Source: Acidimicrobiia bacterium
Lineage (GTDB): Bacteria; Actinomycetota; Acidimicrobiia; IMCC26256; JAENVU01
Length of the DNA stretch: 64,000 nt
Assembly: GCA_031422675.1 (NCBI GenBank)
Contig: JANPMG010000013.1
Location: 5,403 to 69,402 of the forward strand
Direction: 5' to 3'
Of the stretch, positions 42,892 through 52,065 are shown in pieces; within the stretch, counting starts at the first letter, position 1, and each line of letters opens with the position of its first letter. The translations under genes were made by a program, and so were the position numbers. The notes under the pieces are model-generated. The model was not told the origin of the DNA. It did no database searches and was given only the letters and a program-made list of their open reading frames with translations.

Positions 42892-43671
42892 GTGACTCTC
42901 ACCGTTGACCACGTGCACCTCGACGACACCGTCGCGATCGTCACCGGCGCCGCCGTCGGGATTGGACACGCCTGCGCACTCACCCTTGCCGCGTTCGGGT
43001 CCGCAGTCGCCGCCTGTGATCGCGACGAGCTGAACCTGGCGAAGTGTGTCGCCGAGATCGACACTCGCGGTGGCATCGCCTACCCGGGGGTGCTCGACGT
43101 GCGCGACGGTGACGAGGTGCGCGCGTGGGTGGACGCGGTGGCCGCCAAGTTCGGGCGAATCGACATCCTGGTCAACAACGCCGGCGGCGGATTCCTCGCA
43201 GACTTCCTCGACGTGACCGACAAGGGTCAGGACGCCCTGGTACGCGAGAACTTCCAGAGCGTCACCAACTTCGTGCGGAGCGTGGTTCCCCACATGCCCG
43301 AGACGGGCGGTTCGATCATCAACATCACGTCGATCGAAGCGCATCGCGCCGCGCCGGGATACGGGGTCTACAGCGCGATGAAGGCAGCCGTCGCGAACCT
43401 CACTCAGACGCTGGCGTTGGAACTCGGCGCACGCTCGATCCGGGTGAACGCGGTGGCGCCGGATGTGATCCCGACCCCGGGGATCGGTGAGATGCCGGTG
43501 CGGACGCCGTTGCCTCGGCCCGGCCATGTGGACGACGTGGCCGGGGCAGTCGTGTTTCTCGCCAACGCCGAGCTGTCCGGTTTCATGACCGGTACGACGC
43601 TGCACGTGGACGGCGGGAACCATGCCGCCGGCGGTTGGCGCCGTGATCCAGATGGTTCCTTCCGGACGTGA
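42892..43671 (+). CDS. short-chain dehydrogenase/reductase (SDR)
   Basis: 259 aa from VTLTVDHVHLDDTVAIVTGAAVGIG; NNAGG; YSAMK. Confidence 0.85.
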   Translation: MTLTVDHVHLDDTVAIVTGAAVGIGHACALTLAAFGSAVAACDRDELNLAKCVAEIDTRGGIAYPGVLDVRDGDEVRAWVDAVAAKFGRIDILVNNAGGGFLADFLDVTDKGQDALVRENFQSVTNFVRSVVPHMPETGGSIINITSIEAHRAAPGYGVYSAMKAAVANLTQTLALELGARSIRVNAVAPDVIPTPGIGEMPVRTPLPRPGHVDDVAGAVVFLANAELSGFMTGTTLHVDGGNHAAGGWRRDPDGSFRT

Positions 43672-43719
43672 ACGTCGGCATCGACGAAGGTGCGCGCTCG
43701 CCGTCGACGGGACTGTGAG

Positions 43720-44517
43720 TCACGGGGTCGGCGGTCGACCACGAAGCATGGCGTCTCGATGCCGACCGAAGTCTCGGATGGTTCCGCGCGCGCGGAAAGC
43801 CACGGGCATGATCTCGGGCTGCATGGAGTAGCAGACACCGGTCATGATCCCGGCCAGCTCGTCGGCTGCGGTGATGGCTTCGAGATCCATGCCGCGGCCC
43901 ATGCCGATGTCGCAGGCCCGACGAAGCACGATCGCCGCTTCCGCCTCGAGCGGTGCAAGCGAGCGGTCCGCCCAGCGGATGAAGCCACCTTTCCACGGGG
44001 CGTCGGTGAAGGGCGGCGGCTCGACCAGGACCCGGCCCATCCCGTTCCCGGCCAGGGTCCACTCATGCAGCATCTCGCCATCACGCCAGAGCCGCGGGCG
44101 GCTGACCTCGGGTCCGATCTCCAACTCCACTTCGTACTCACGCGTCTCGGTACCGCGCGCGGCATGGGTGACACAGAGTCCCGCGAGGTCGAACTGGTGG
44201 GTGCATTGGAAGTGAGGGTCGGCCACGGCGGCGACGGCGGTGGCGCGATCGGACAGGTCCATGCCCACGAGGAGTTCGAGGTTGGCGCCCGCGTCCGGGC
44301 ACGTCGCCCACGGCCAGCGCAGCGCCTCCATCGAGATGTGCGTGACCCGGTGACCGTCGTGGCCGAGCGTCACTTCGAAATGATGGAAGTCGTCCTCGAG
44401 CCCGCCCCATACGGTCCGCTCGTCGAGTCGGACCAGGCGAATGAGGCGCCGGTACGGCAGGCGGCGATCACCTTGGCGAACGGTCGGAGCAGGAGAGGGG
44501 TCGGCGGGGTCGTTCAC
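43720..44517 (-). CDS. conserved hypothetical protein (DUF2889-like)
   Basis: 265 aa; DDFHHFEV and FQCTHQFD motifs are reminiscent of DUF2889. GTG start. Confidence 0.6.
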   Translation of the reverse strand: MNDPADPSPAPTVRQGDRRLPYRRLIRLVRLDERTVWGGLEDDFHHFEVTLGHDGHRVTHISMEALRWPWATCPDAGANLELLVGMDLSDRATAVAAVADPHFQCTHQFDLAGLCVTHAARGTETREYEVELEIGPEVSRPRLWRDGEMLHEWTLAGNGMGRVLVEPPPFTDAPWKGGFIRWADRSLAPLEAEAAIVLRRACDIGMGRGMDLEAITAADELAGIMTGVCYSMQPEIMPVAFRARGTIRDFGRHRDAMLRGRPPTP

Positions 44518-44541
44518 GCGGGGTCGGTCACGTAGCGTCGT

Positions 44542-44958
44542 TCACGCGTCGCCGGGCACGGGCTCACCGAGGAACACGATCGTGCGAGCTGCGAACCGCC
44601 ACCGGTCCGGCTCGCGAACGAGATGGTCGTGGTACCGGCCGGCAGTCGAGATGCGAAGTCCGTCGTCGGCCTTGCGCAAGTAGAGGAAATCGGTCCACGC
44701 GCGGGCGCGCTCACCGTCGGTGGCGACGTCGATCACCGAGTTGTAGGTGACGTGCTGGCCGGGCGCCAGGTTCGGGCGCTGAACGCCGATGTGGTCATGG
44801 ATGTCCTGGCGGCCGTGGTGGGTGGTACCCATGACGTGGAACGTCGCCTCCTCGGTGAAGAGCTGCGCGAACTGCGCCGGCCGCTGGTCGTCGTAGTGAT
44901 GGCAGTACTCCGCGAGCAGACGACGAATCGCCGACTCGTGGGTCACGGGGTCGGTCAC
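44542..44958 (-). CDS. SnoaL-like / NTF2-fold protein
   Basis: 138 aa. The pattern IRRLLAEYCHHYDD..F..LFTEEATF is typical of SnoaL_4. Confidence 0.7.
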   Translation of the reverse strand: MTDPVTHESAIRRLLAEYCHHYDDQRPAQFAQLFTEEATFHVMGTTHHGRQDIHDHIGVQRPNLAPGQHVTYNSVIDVATDGERARAWTDFLYLRKADDGLRISTAGRYHDHLVREPDRWRFAARTIVFLGEPVPGDA

Positions 44959-45067
44959 GCTTCTGACAATGCCACGGCGAGGGCGCCCCTGTCAGGATGG
45001 TCCGGATGCCGGCGTCTGGTGTCCGAACCGTCGCCGAGGTGGCTCGAGCGACAAGCACAGAGGGTTC

Positions 45068-45526
45068 TTACTCGGGCTTGGGCGGCCGGCAGTTGATGAC
45101 GAGGGTGAACACGTTCTTGACCACGGGCGCGCCGGTCGCCTGGTCGCGCCAGGTGGTCTCCTGCACGTAGAACTCGAGGGTGCCGCCGCTCGACTTTTCC
45201 TTCTCGTACACGTCCGTGATCTCGGACGTGCCCACGAGAACGTCGCCGACCTTCGGCCACCGGAAGTACTCGAAGCCTTGCTCCCCGTGGAGGATGGCGC
45301 GCCCCGGGCCCCGCAGTTTCTCGATCGGTAGCCCGGCCGCGCCGCCCGAACCTTCGGAGCCCCAGAACGGCATGACGAACGGGAAGGTGGGTGGGACCGG
45401 CGCATCGGCGGCGTCATAGACCGTGTCCGAATCCATCAGGGCCTGCGCGAACACGCGCACCGGGCCGCGTTCGATCCGGACGATCTGGGGGGCGCCAGTG
45501 GTGCCCTTCAACTCGGTCATTGCCAC
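45068..45526 (-). CDS. MaoC-like (hot-dog fold) dehydratase N-terminal-domain protein
   Basis: 152 aa; PPTFPFV.. and LHGEQGFEY motifs. GGAGGA SD. Confidence 0.8.
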   Translation of the reverse strand: MAMTELKGTTGAPQIVRIERGPVRVFAQALMDSDTVYDAADAPVPPTFPFVMPFWGSEGSGGAAGLPIEKLRGPGRAILHGEQGFEYFRWPKVGDVLVGTSEITDVYEKEKSSGGTLEFYVQETTWRDQATGAPVVKNVFTLVINCRPPKPE

Positions 45527-45568
45527 GTGGTTCCTCCGATGGCGTGAGGCCGGATCCGGCGGGGGAAC

Positions 45569-47143
45569 CTATCGCGACCCGGCGGGGCGGTGGGCGGTCC
45601 CTTCGCTGCCGTGCTGCTCGTCGCGGAGCTTGTGTTTCATCACTTTGCCGGTGGCGTTGCGAGGGAGTTCGGCGGCAAAGACGAGAGTGCGGGGGCGCTT
45701 GTAGTCGGCGAGGCGTTCGGCACAGAACGCAAGCAGCGCAGCCGAGTCGAGGGTGGCGCCGGTGCGGACCACGACGTGTGCGGCGATGTCCTCGCCCAGC
45801 ACCGGGTGGGGAATCCCGACGACGGCCGCCTCCTGGACGTCGGGATGTTCGAGCAGCACCGCTTCCACATCGGTGGGATACACGTTGTGTCCGCCGCGGA
45901 TGATCATGTCCTTCTTGCGGCCGGCGATGTAGAGAAAACCGTCCTCGTCCAGGTATGCGAGATCGCCGCTGCGCAGCCAGCCGTCGGCGGTCCAGGTGCG
46001 CTCGGTGGCCGCCGGGTCGTTGTAGTACTCGCGCTGCGCGCCCGCCATCTTGGTGAGGAGTTCGCCAACCTCGCGCGCGTCGCACTCGGTGTTGTCCTCG
46101 CGCACGACCTTGAGTTCCATTGCGCCGATGGGTTTTCCCACCGAGCCGATCCGCCTGGTGACCTCGTCCTTCGGCATCACGATGAACGCGGGTCCGGCTT
46201 CGGTCATGCCGTAGGAGTTGGACACGGTGGCGTCGGGCACGCGGGCCTGGAGGGTGAGCAGGGTCTGCGGAGCAAGCGGCGCGCTGCCGATCGACACCGA
46301 AGTGAGGCTCGACAGATCCGGCCCGTCGAAGTGCGGATGCGTCACGAGCAGTTCGGCCATCGCGGGGACGAGGAACGCCATCGCCGGACGCTCGGACTCC
46401 ACGATCTCCAGCCACCGACCGGCATCGAACTTCGGGAGGTACATCCCGACGAGACCCAGCTTCATCGGGTTGTAGATGAAGGCGATGCCCGCGAAGGTGA
46501 ACATCGGCGCGCCGTGGATCCAGCCACCGCCGGCCCACGCGGGTTCGTGGTTGGGGATCATCGCGACGTTCCGGTGCCGGACCGCCACCCCTTTCGGCGC
46601 GCCGGTGGTGCCCGAGGTGTACATGATGTCGGCGAGGTCGTCGGGGTCGCGCGGTACCTGGATGTCCGACGCGTCCGTCGGGAGGAACTGTGCCTCCGAG
46701 ACCACGCCGGGTTCGTCGAGATCGGATGTGCCCGCGCTCACGATGAACCGGATCGACGGGGTTGCAGCACGCACGGCGATCGCAGTTTCGAGCCGGTCGC
46801 CGGCGGTGAGGACGGCCGCCACCGAGGCGTGCCCGAGGATCGCGTTCAGCTCGGGGATCGACAGCCGCGAGTTCGTGGGCACCGCAACGGCGCCGGCCTT
46901 GTGCACCGCCGCGTAGGCGACGATCCATCGCAGTGCCTCGTCGCCCGGCAGGTAGATCGAGACGCGATCACCGGCTTCGATCCCGGCCTCCACGAGTCCG
47001 CGTGCCATCCGATTCGACGCGGCGTCCCACTCCGAGAACGTGAGCGACGTGCGCGCGTCGAGATCGCGGTAGGCAGTCTCCGGACCGTGCACGCGAGCCA
47101 TGTAGCGCAGCTGGTCGACCTGCAGATCGCCCCAGTCGGGCAT
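45569..47143 (-). CDS. AMP-dependent acyl-CoA synthetase/ligase
   Basis: AMP-binding YTSGTTGAPKG. ATG 47143 (MPDWGDL) lies ~9 nt below GGAGG (revcomp of 47153-47157). The track start GTG 47152 abuts the SD. Confidence 0.9.
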   Translation of the reverse strand: MPDWGDLQVDQLRYMARVHGPETAYRDLDARTSLTFSEWDAASNRMARGLVEAGIEAGDRVSIYLPGDEALRWIVAYAAVHKAGAVAVPTNSRLSIPELNAILGHASVAAVLTAGDRLETAIAVRAATPSIRFIVSAGTSDLDEPGVVSEAQFLPTDASDIQVPRDPDDLADIMYTSGTTGAPKGVAVRHRNVAMIPNHEPAWAGGGWIHGAPMFTFAGIAFIYNPMKLGLVGMYLPKFDAGRWLEIVESERPAMAFLVPAMAELLVTHPHFDGPDLSSLTSVSIGSAPLAPQTLLTLQARVPDATVSNSYGMTEAGPAFIVMPKDEVTRRIGSVGKPIGAMELKVVREDNTECDAREVGELLTKMAGAQREYYNDPAATERTWTADGWLRSGDLAYLDEDGFLYIAGRKKDMIIRGGHNVYPTDVEAVLLEHPDVQEAAVVGIPHPVLGEDIAAHVVVRTGATLDSAALLAFCAERLADYKRPRTLVFAAELPRNATGKVMKHKLRDEQHGSEGTAHRPAGSR

Positions 47144-47256
47144 GCGCGCCACCTCCCCCGGTCAAGTCGCCGCGGCACGATAGCGGCCGAGGTGAGCGCG
47201 TCGGGTGGACGCGGATGAGTGCTCGGTGGCTCGGCTCGGTCTGGCAGGCTGGACCG

Positions 47257-48798
47257 ATGCGGGTCACGTTTCTCGGTCACGTGGGCATGTACGTGGAGAC
47301 CGAGGGTGGCTCGGTGTTGTGCGATCCCTGGTTCAACCCTGCGTACTTCGCGTCCTGGTTTCCCTTTCCCCGCAACGACACGTTCGACGTTTCGCCCTAC
47401 TCGGCACCCGACTACCTGTACATCTCCCATCTCCATCACGATCATTTCGACGCCGAGTGGCTGGCCCGCAACGTCGACAAGGGGGCGACCGTCCTCCTCC
47501 CCGCATTCCGCGTCGACCACCTCGAGCGGGCGTTGCGCGAGCTTGGGTTCACGACATTCGTTCGGACCGACCACGCGGAACCGGTCCGGCTCGGGGGAGT
47601 GGAGGCGATCATCCTCGCGATGACCGCGCCGGCCGACGGGCCGGCGGGGGACTCGGCGCTGATTCTGGCGGATTCGACCGCCACGCTCCTGAACCAGAAC
47701 GACGCCCGACCGCGCGACTTCGACGAGCTGGAGTCCTTCGGTCCGTTCGACGCGCACTTCACTCAGTTCTCGGGCGCGATCTGGTACCCGATGGTCTATG
47801 ACTTCCCGCCGGTGGAACAACGGGCGATGGGCGTGGCCAAGCGCGCCGCGCAGATGGACCGCGCCGCGCACTATCTCGCAGATGTGGGTGCGCCGAATCT
47901 GTTCCCGGTCGCCGGGCCGCCGTGCTTCCTCGACGACGATCTCTGGCACCTGAACGACTTCGGCAACGATCCCGCGAACATCTTTCCGGATCAGCTCGCC
48001 TTCTTGGACGATCTGACTGCGCGCGGACTCTCGGGCGGTCGCCTGCTCGTGCCGGGGTCGGTGGCACAGATCGGTCACGAGGGGTGCCACGTCGAACACC
48101 CGTCGGGCGCGGCCCATCCCGACGCGATCTTTGCCGACAAGCGCGCGTACCTCGAGTGCTATCGCAACGACTGGTCAGCGCGGCTGATCGCCGAGAAGGC
48201 ATCGTGGCCGCGCGACGCCTACGACATCACCGCGGAACTGTCGCGATGGTTCGAACCGCTCCTCGACCTCGCTCCGTACACTCGCCGCGGCATCAACGGG
48301 AGTGTGCTGATCCACGTCGGTGATTCCGCCACGATCATCGACTTTCCAACCGGTCAGGTGCGATCCTGGGAAGGAGAACCGGTGATGCACCGCATCGACG
48401 TCGACCGCGCGCTGGTGGAATCGTTGATCGATCGCCACGTGGAGGATTGGGTCAACGAGCTGTTCCTCTCGTGCCGGTTCACCGCTCATCGCGAGGGCCC
48501 CTACAACGAGTACGTATACACGTTCTTCAAGAACTTGTCGGTCGAGCGAATGGCGTTCTGCGAGGGTTACTACGCCACGCTCGCCGAACCCGTCGACGAG
48601 ATGTTCCGATGCGGCGAGTACATGGTGGCGAAGCGTTGCCCACACCTCCGTGCGGATCTCGAACGGTTCGGCACGGTCACGAACGGGGTGCTCGAGTGCA
48701 AGGTGCACCATTGGCGGTTCGAGCTCGCTACCGGACGCTGCCTCACCTCCGACGAAGCCGAACATCACCTCCACACCGAGCGAGTACATGCGGATTGA
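47257..48798 (+). CDS. metallo-beta-lactamase-fold protein fused to a C-terminal Rieske [2Fe-2S] domain
   Basis: 513 aa from MRVTFLGHVG. HxHxDH (HLHHDH, 47428-47445). Rieske CPH-x17-CKVH near the C-terminus (about 48640-48720). Alternative ATG at 47215. Confidence 0.8.
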   Translation: MRVTFLGHVGMYVETEGGSVLCDPWFNPAYFASWFPFPRNDTFDVSPYSAPDYLYISHLHHDHFDAEWLARNVDKGATVLLPAFRVDHLERALRELGFTTFVRTDHAEPVRLGGVEAIILAMTAPADGPAGDSALILADSTATLLNQNDARPRDFDELESFGPFDAHFTQFSGAIWYPMVYDFPPVEQRAMGVAKRAAQMDRAAHYLADVGAPNLFPVAGPPCFLDDDLWHLNDFGNDPANIFPDQLAFLDDLTARGLSGGRLLVPGSVAQIGHEGCHVEHPSGAAHPDAIFADKRAYLECYRNDWSARLIAEKASWPRDAYDITAELSRWFEPLLDLAPYTRRGINGSVLIHVGDSATIIDFPTGQVRSWEGEPVMHRIDVDRALVESLIDRHVEDWVNELFLSCRFTAHREGPYNEYVYTFFKNLSVERMAFCEGYYATLAEPVDEMFRCGEYMVAKRCPHLRADLERFGTVTNGVLECKVHHWRFELATGRCLTSDEAEHHLHTERVHAD

Positions 48799-49420
48799 TC
48801 TCCACGCGCACACCGCGCCGCGTTCGAACTGCTCACGCACCACGCTCGAAGAACTCGTGGAGACGGCACGCGCACGCGGCCTCGACGCGTTGTGCATCAC
48901 CGAACACGACGTGCGGTGGCCGGACGACGAACTCGCGGACGCGTCCGCTCTCTTGGGCTTCCCGCTGATCCCGGGGGTGGAACTGAGCACCGACGTCGGC
49001 CATGTCCTGGCCTTCGGTCCGCTGCGCAAACCGCTGTGGATGGGCTACACACTCGCGGAGTTGGTGGAGGAGTGTGAGCAGTCCGACACGGCACTGGTCT
49101 TGCCCCATCCGTTGCGACGATTCGCCGGTGAACGGGCGATCAGAGGCGGACGGGTGCCGCCGACCGCCGCCGAGATCGTGGCGTTGCCGCAGTGGGAGAT
49201 GGTCCACGCGATCGAGGCGGCGAGCACCCAGACCACCGAGTTGGAACACGAACTCACCGCCGCGGCCCTCGGGGTGTGCCCGCGCCCTGCGGTGGGCGCG
49301 AGTGATGCCCACGGACCCGGCCTCGCCGGCACCTACGCCACCGAACTGGACCGGAGCATCCGCTCCGCCACCGAACTCGCACGCGAGATCCGCGCCGGGC
49401 ACGTGCGCCCGGCCGCCTGA
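48788..49420 (+). CDS. PHP-domain metal-dependent phosphoesterase
   Basis: 210 aa from MRIDLHAHTAPRS..ITEHD. Start overlaps the upstream gene by 11 nt. Confidence 0.8.
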   Translation: MRIDLHAHTAPRSNCSRTTLEELVETARARGLDALCITEHDVRWPDDELADASALLGFPLIPGVELSTDVGHVLAFGPLRKPLWMGYTLAELVEECEQSDTALVLPHPLRRFAGERAIRGGRVPPTAAEIVALPQWEMVHAIEAASTQTTELEHELTAAALGVCPRPAVGASDAHGPGLAGTYATELDRSIRSATELAREIRAGHVRPAA

Positions 49421-49500
49421 CGAGCGACTGCCTGACGACTGGTTCGGCGGGTGCGGATACGATCCGGCGCCCGCCTGCCCCGAACTCCGGAGGATCACCG

Positions 49501-50679
49501 ATGGGTGACGCCGTCATCGTTTCGACCGCCCGCACCGCCATCGGCACCGCCCGCAAAGGGACGTTGCTCGACGTCTCGGCGTTCGATCTGGCGAAGTACG
49601 CCGTCGGCGAAGTGCTCAGCCGATCGGGGATCGACCACGACGACGTCGACGACCTTCAGCTCGGCGAATCACTCCAAGGTGGCGGCGACATCGCCCGGTA
49701 CGCGGCCGTCGACCTGGGGTTGTTGAACGTCCCCGGGGTCGCGCTCAACCGTCACTGCGCATCCGGGATGGCGGCGGTGCAGGGTGGCGCCGCCAGTATC
49801 CGCGCGGGCATGGACCGAGTGGTGATCGCGGGCGGCGCGGAATCGATCTCGAGTTCACCGGCTGCGATGAAGCGGACCATGGGTACCGACACCATGGAAC
49901 CGTGGATGTCGCCGAGTCATCCGGCAACACCGGACGCGCCCGCGTTCGACATGTCGATCACCGTGGGGTGGAACAGCGCCCAACGCGCTGGCGTGACGCG
50001 CGAGGAGATGGACCACTGGGCGTACGAGTCGCACCAGCGGGCGATTGCCGCGATCGACACCGGCAAGTTCGAGGACGAGATCTTTCCCATCGACGTGACC
50101 CGACGGGACGGCGAGACGGTGACGTTCGCGGTGGACGAGCACCCGAGACGTGGGACCACGATGGAGAAGCTCGCGAGTCTGAAGCCGTTGCATCCCGAGA
50201 TCGAGGACTTCAGCATCACCGCGGGAAACTCCTCGGGACTCAACGATGCGGCGGCGGCCGTGATGATCGTCGACGCGGAGTACGCACGGGCCCACGGCCT
50301 GAAGCCGATGGCGACGATCAAGAGCTGGGCGTCGGCGGGTGTGCCGCCGAGCGAGACCGGACTCGGCCCGACGCACGCGATTCCCAAGGCACTCGATCGC
50401 GCCGGTCTGCGCGTGCAGGACGTCGACCTGTTCGAGATCAACGAGGCGTTCGCCGCGATGTGCGTGGCGAGTACGCGGATTCTCGGCGTCGACCACGCGA
50501 TCACCAATGTGAACGGGAGTGGTTGCAGCCTCGGTCATCCGGTGGCCGCGACGGGGGCTCGCATGATCGTCACCCTGGTCAACGAGCTGGCCCGCCGAGG
50601 TGGTGGGATCGGCGTCTCCAGTATGTGCGCCGGTGGCGGGATGGGCTCGGCGACCGTGCTCGAGGTCATGCCGGCCTAG
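49501..50679 (+). CDS. acetyl-CoA C-acyltransferase (thiolase)
   Basis: 392 aa; NRHCASGM (active-site Cys), GCSLGHP, MCAGGGMG. GGAGGA SD. Confidence 0.95.
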   Translation: MGDAVIVSTARTAIGTARKGTLLDVSAFDLAKYAVGEVLSRSGIDHDDVDDLQLGESLQGGGDIARYAAVDLGLLNVPGVALNRHCASGMAAVQGGAASIRAGMDRVVIAGGAESISSSPAAMKRTMGTDTMEPWMSPSHPATPDAPAFDMSITVGWNSAQRAGVTREEMDHWAYESHQRAIAAIDTGKFEDEIFPIDVTRRDGETVTFAVDEHPRRGTTMEKLASLKPLHPEIEDFSITAGNSSGLNDAAAAVMIVDAEYARAHGLKPMATIKSWASAGVPPSETGLGPTHAIPKALDRAGLRVQDVDLFEINEAFAAMCVASTRILGVDHAITNVNGSGCSLGHPVAATGARMIVTLVNELARRGGGIGVSSMCAGGGMGSATVLEVMPA

Positions 50680-50720
50680 CCATCAGCGGTTCGGCCAGGT
50701 GCGGGACGCCCCGCTCCAAC

Positions 50721-51251
50721 TCAACAGCCGAGGCGCAACTCCTGGGGAACCGGCGGGGGCGCGTCGCACGCCACCTGGTTCGGTCCGTACGCCCGCACCT
50801 GCCAGATGGAACCGACGCGTTCGAGCGCGACGGTGAGCTGGGTCACGCCGCTCCCGGGGTTCGGCGCCAGCGTGACGGCCGACCAGATCTGGTTCGAGTT
50901 CGCGATGCGGCAATCCGTGATCGTGTACTGGGAAAGCGGTACCGGCCCGAGGTCGCCCCCTTGCACCGCGGCGTAGATCGGCCCGGCCCGCGCCCCGCAC
51001 GCGTCGAGCCTCGGCGGTGCGATGGGTGACGGTGCTGGCGCCGGTGCGGTCGGGCTGGGCGGGGGTGCGAGTGTGGTGGTCGTCGTCGTCGACGGGACCG
51101 CACTCGTGCTGGTCGTGGTCCGCGCGGCCTTGGACCGAGTCGAGGTGGTGGTCGGTCGTTTCTTGTCCGACTTTTTGGTCTCGGAGGTGCAGGCGGAGAG
51201 CACCAACAGGGCGATCAGAGCCAACGGCACGGCGGTACGGAAACGCTGCAT
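50721..51251 (-). CDS. putative lipoprotein with a Thr/Pro-rich linker
   Basis: 176 aa from MQRFRTAVPLALIALLVLSAC (lipobox); STTTTTTLAPPPSPTAPAPAPSP linker. Confidence 0.6.
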   Translation of the reverse strand: MQRFRTAVPLALIALLVLSACTSETKKSDKKRPTTTSTRSKAARTTTSTSAVPSTTTTTTLAPPPSPTAPAPAPSPIAPPRLDACGARAGPIYAAVQGGDLGPVPLSQYTITDCRIANSNQIWSAVTLAPNPGSGVTQLTVALERVGSIWQVRAYGPNQVACDAPPPVPQELRLGC

Positions 51252-51275
51252 CTCTCCAGCATGGCGCGCAGCCTC

Positions 51276-51281
51276 TAGTTT
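51276..51281 (+). promoter_or_regulatory. -10-like TAGTTT, 7 nt upstream of the in-frame ATC at 51289 of hisN
   Basis: TANNNT; spacer 51282-51288. Confidence 0.35.
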
Positions 51282-51288
51282 CGGCGGG

Positions 51289-52065
51289 ATCAACGCCGAC
51301 CTTGCCCTCGCCCTCGAACTCGCCGACCGTGCCGACGAACTCACGATGGCCCGCTTCCGGGCCGACGACCTCCGGATCGAGCGTAAATCCGACACCACCC
51401 ACGTGACCGAGGCCGACCGGGCGACCGAAGTCCTGATCCGCGACGGAATCCAGGCGGCGCGCCCGGGCGACGCCGTGCTCGGCGAGGAGTTCGGCGTCGA
51501 GGGGATGGGCGGTCGGCGCTGGATCGTCGATCCGATCGACGGCACCGCGAGCTACGTCCGCGGGTTTCCGATCTGGGGCACCCTCATCGCGCTCGAGGAG
51601 GCGGGGGAGTTGACCGTCGGGGTCGTCTCCGCGCCGGCGCTCCACATGCGGTGGTACGCGGCGCGCGGGGAAGGCGCGTTCGTGAACGGGCGGCCGATGC
51701 GCGTCTCGGCCGTCACCGACCTCGCCGACGCGCAGCTCTGTTACTCCGACATCCCGTCGTGGACGACCTTCCGCACCACGGCGCAACCGATGATCGATCT
51801 GCTGCACTCGGTCTGGCGGACGCGCGGCGTCGGCGACTTCCTCCAACACATGCTCGTCGCCGAAGGTGCCGCCGACATCGCGGCCGAGCCCATCGTCAAT
51901 CTCTGGGATCTGGCGCCGATCATGGTGATCGTCGAGGAGGCCGGGGGACGGTTCACCAACCTCGAAGGTGAGCGAACCGCCGACGGTGGCAGCGCGGTCT
52001 CGACGAATGGCCTCCTGCACGCGGAGGTTCTCGCACGGCTGGCACCGGCGCGGCCACGAGCATGA
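51289..52065 (+). CDS. hisN: histidinol-phosphatase / inositol monophosphatase-family protein (HisN-like)
   Basis: ..DLALALELADRADELTMARF.., WIVDPIDGT, WDLAP. The conserved N-terminal helix begins at ~51295, but no ATG/GTG/TTG/CTG lies in frame between 51189 and 51345. The start is tentatively placed at ATC 51289; the next ATG is at 51346. Confidence 0.8.
   Translation: MNADLALALELADRADELTMARFRADDLRIERKSDTTHVTEADRATEVLIRDGIQAARPGDAVLGEEFGVEGMGGRRWIVDPIDGTASYVRGFPIWGTLIALEEAGELTVGVVSAPALHMRWYAARGEGAFVNGRPMRVSAVTDLADAQLCYSDIPSWTTFRTTAQPMIDLLHSVWRTRGVGDFLQHMLVAEGAADIAAEPIVNLWDLAPIMVIVEEAGGRFTNLEGERTADGGSAVSTNGLLHAEVLARLAPARPRA

Noticed and set aside
44969-45003. CTGACA-N21-TGTCAG inverted hexamers between the SnoaL-like and MaoC-like genes
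   Set aside because: The 6-bp arms have a long, unstructured spacer and the pattern does not recur elsewhere in the window. This is likely chance.
47197-47213. CGCGTC-GGGTG-GACGCG inverted repeat in the fadD / MBL-Rieske divergent region, considered as a second site for the TetR operator motif
   Set aside because: It shares only the 6-bp core with the 33762-33783 palindrome, and the spacing between cores differs (5 vs 8 nt). This is too weak to call without a binding model.
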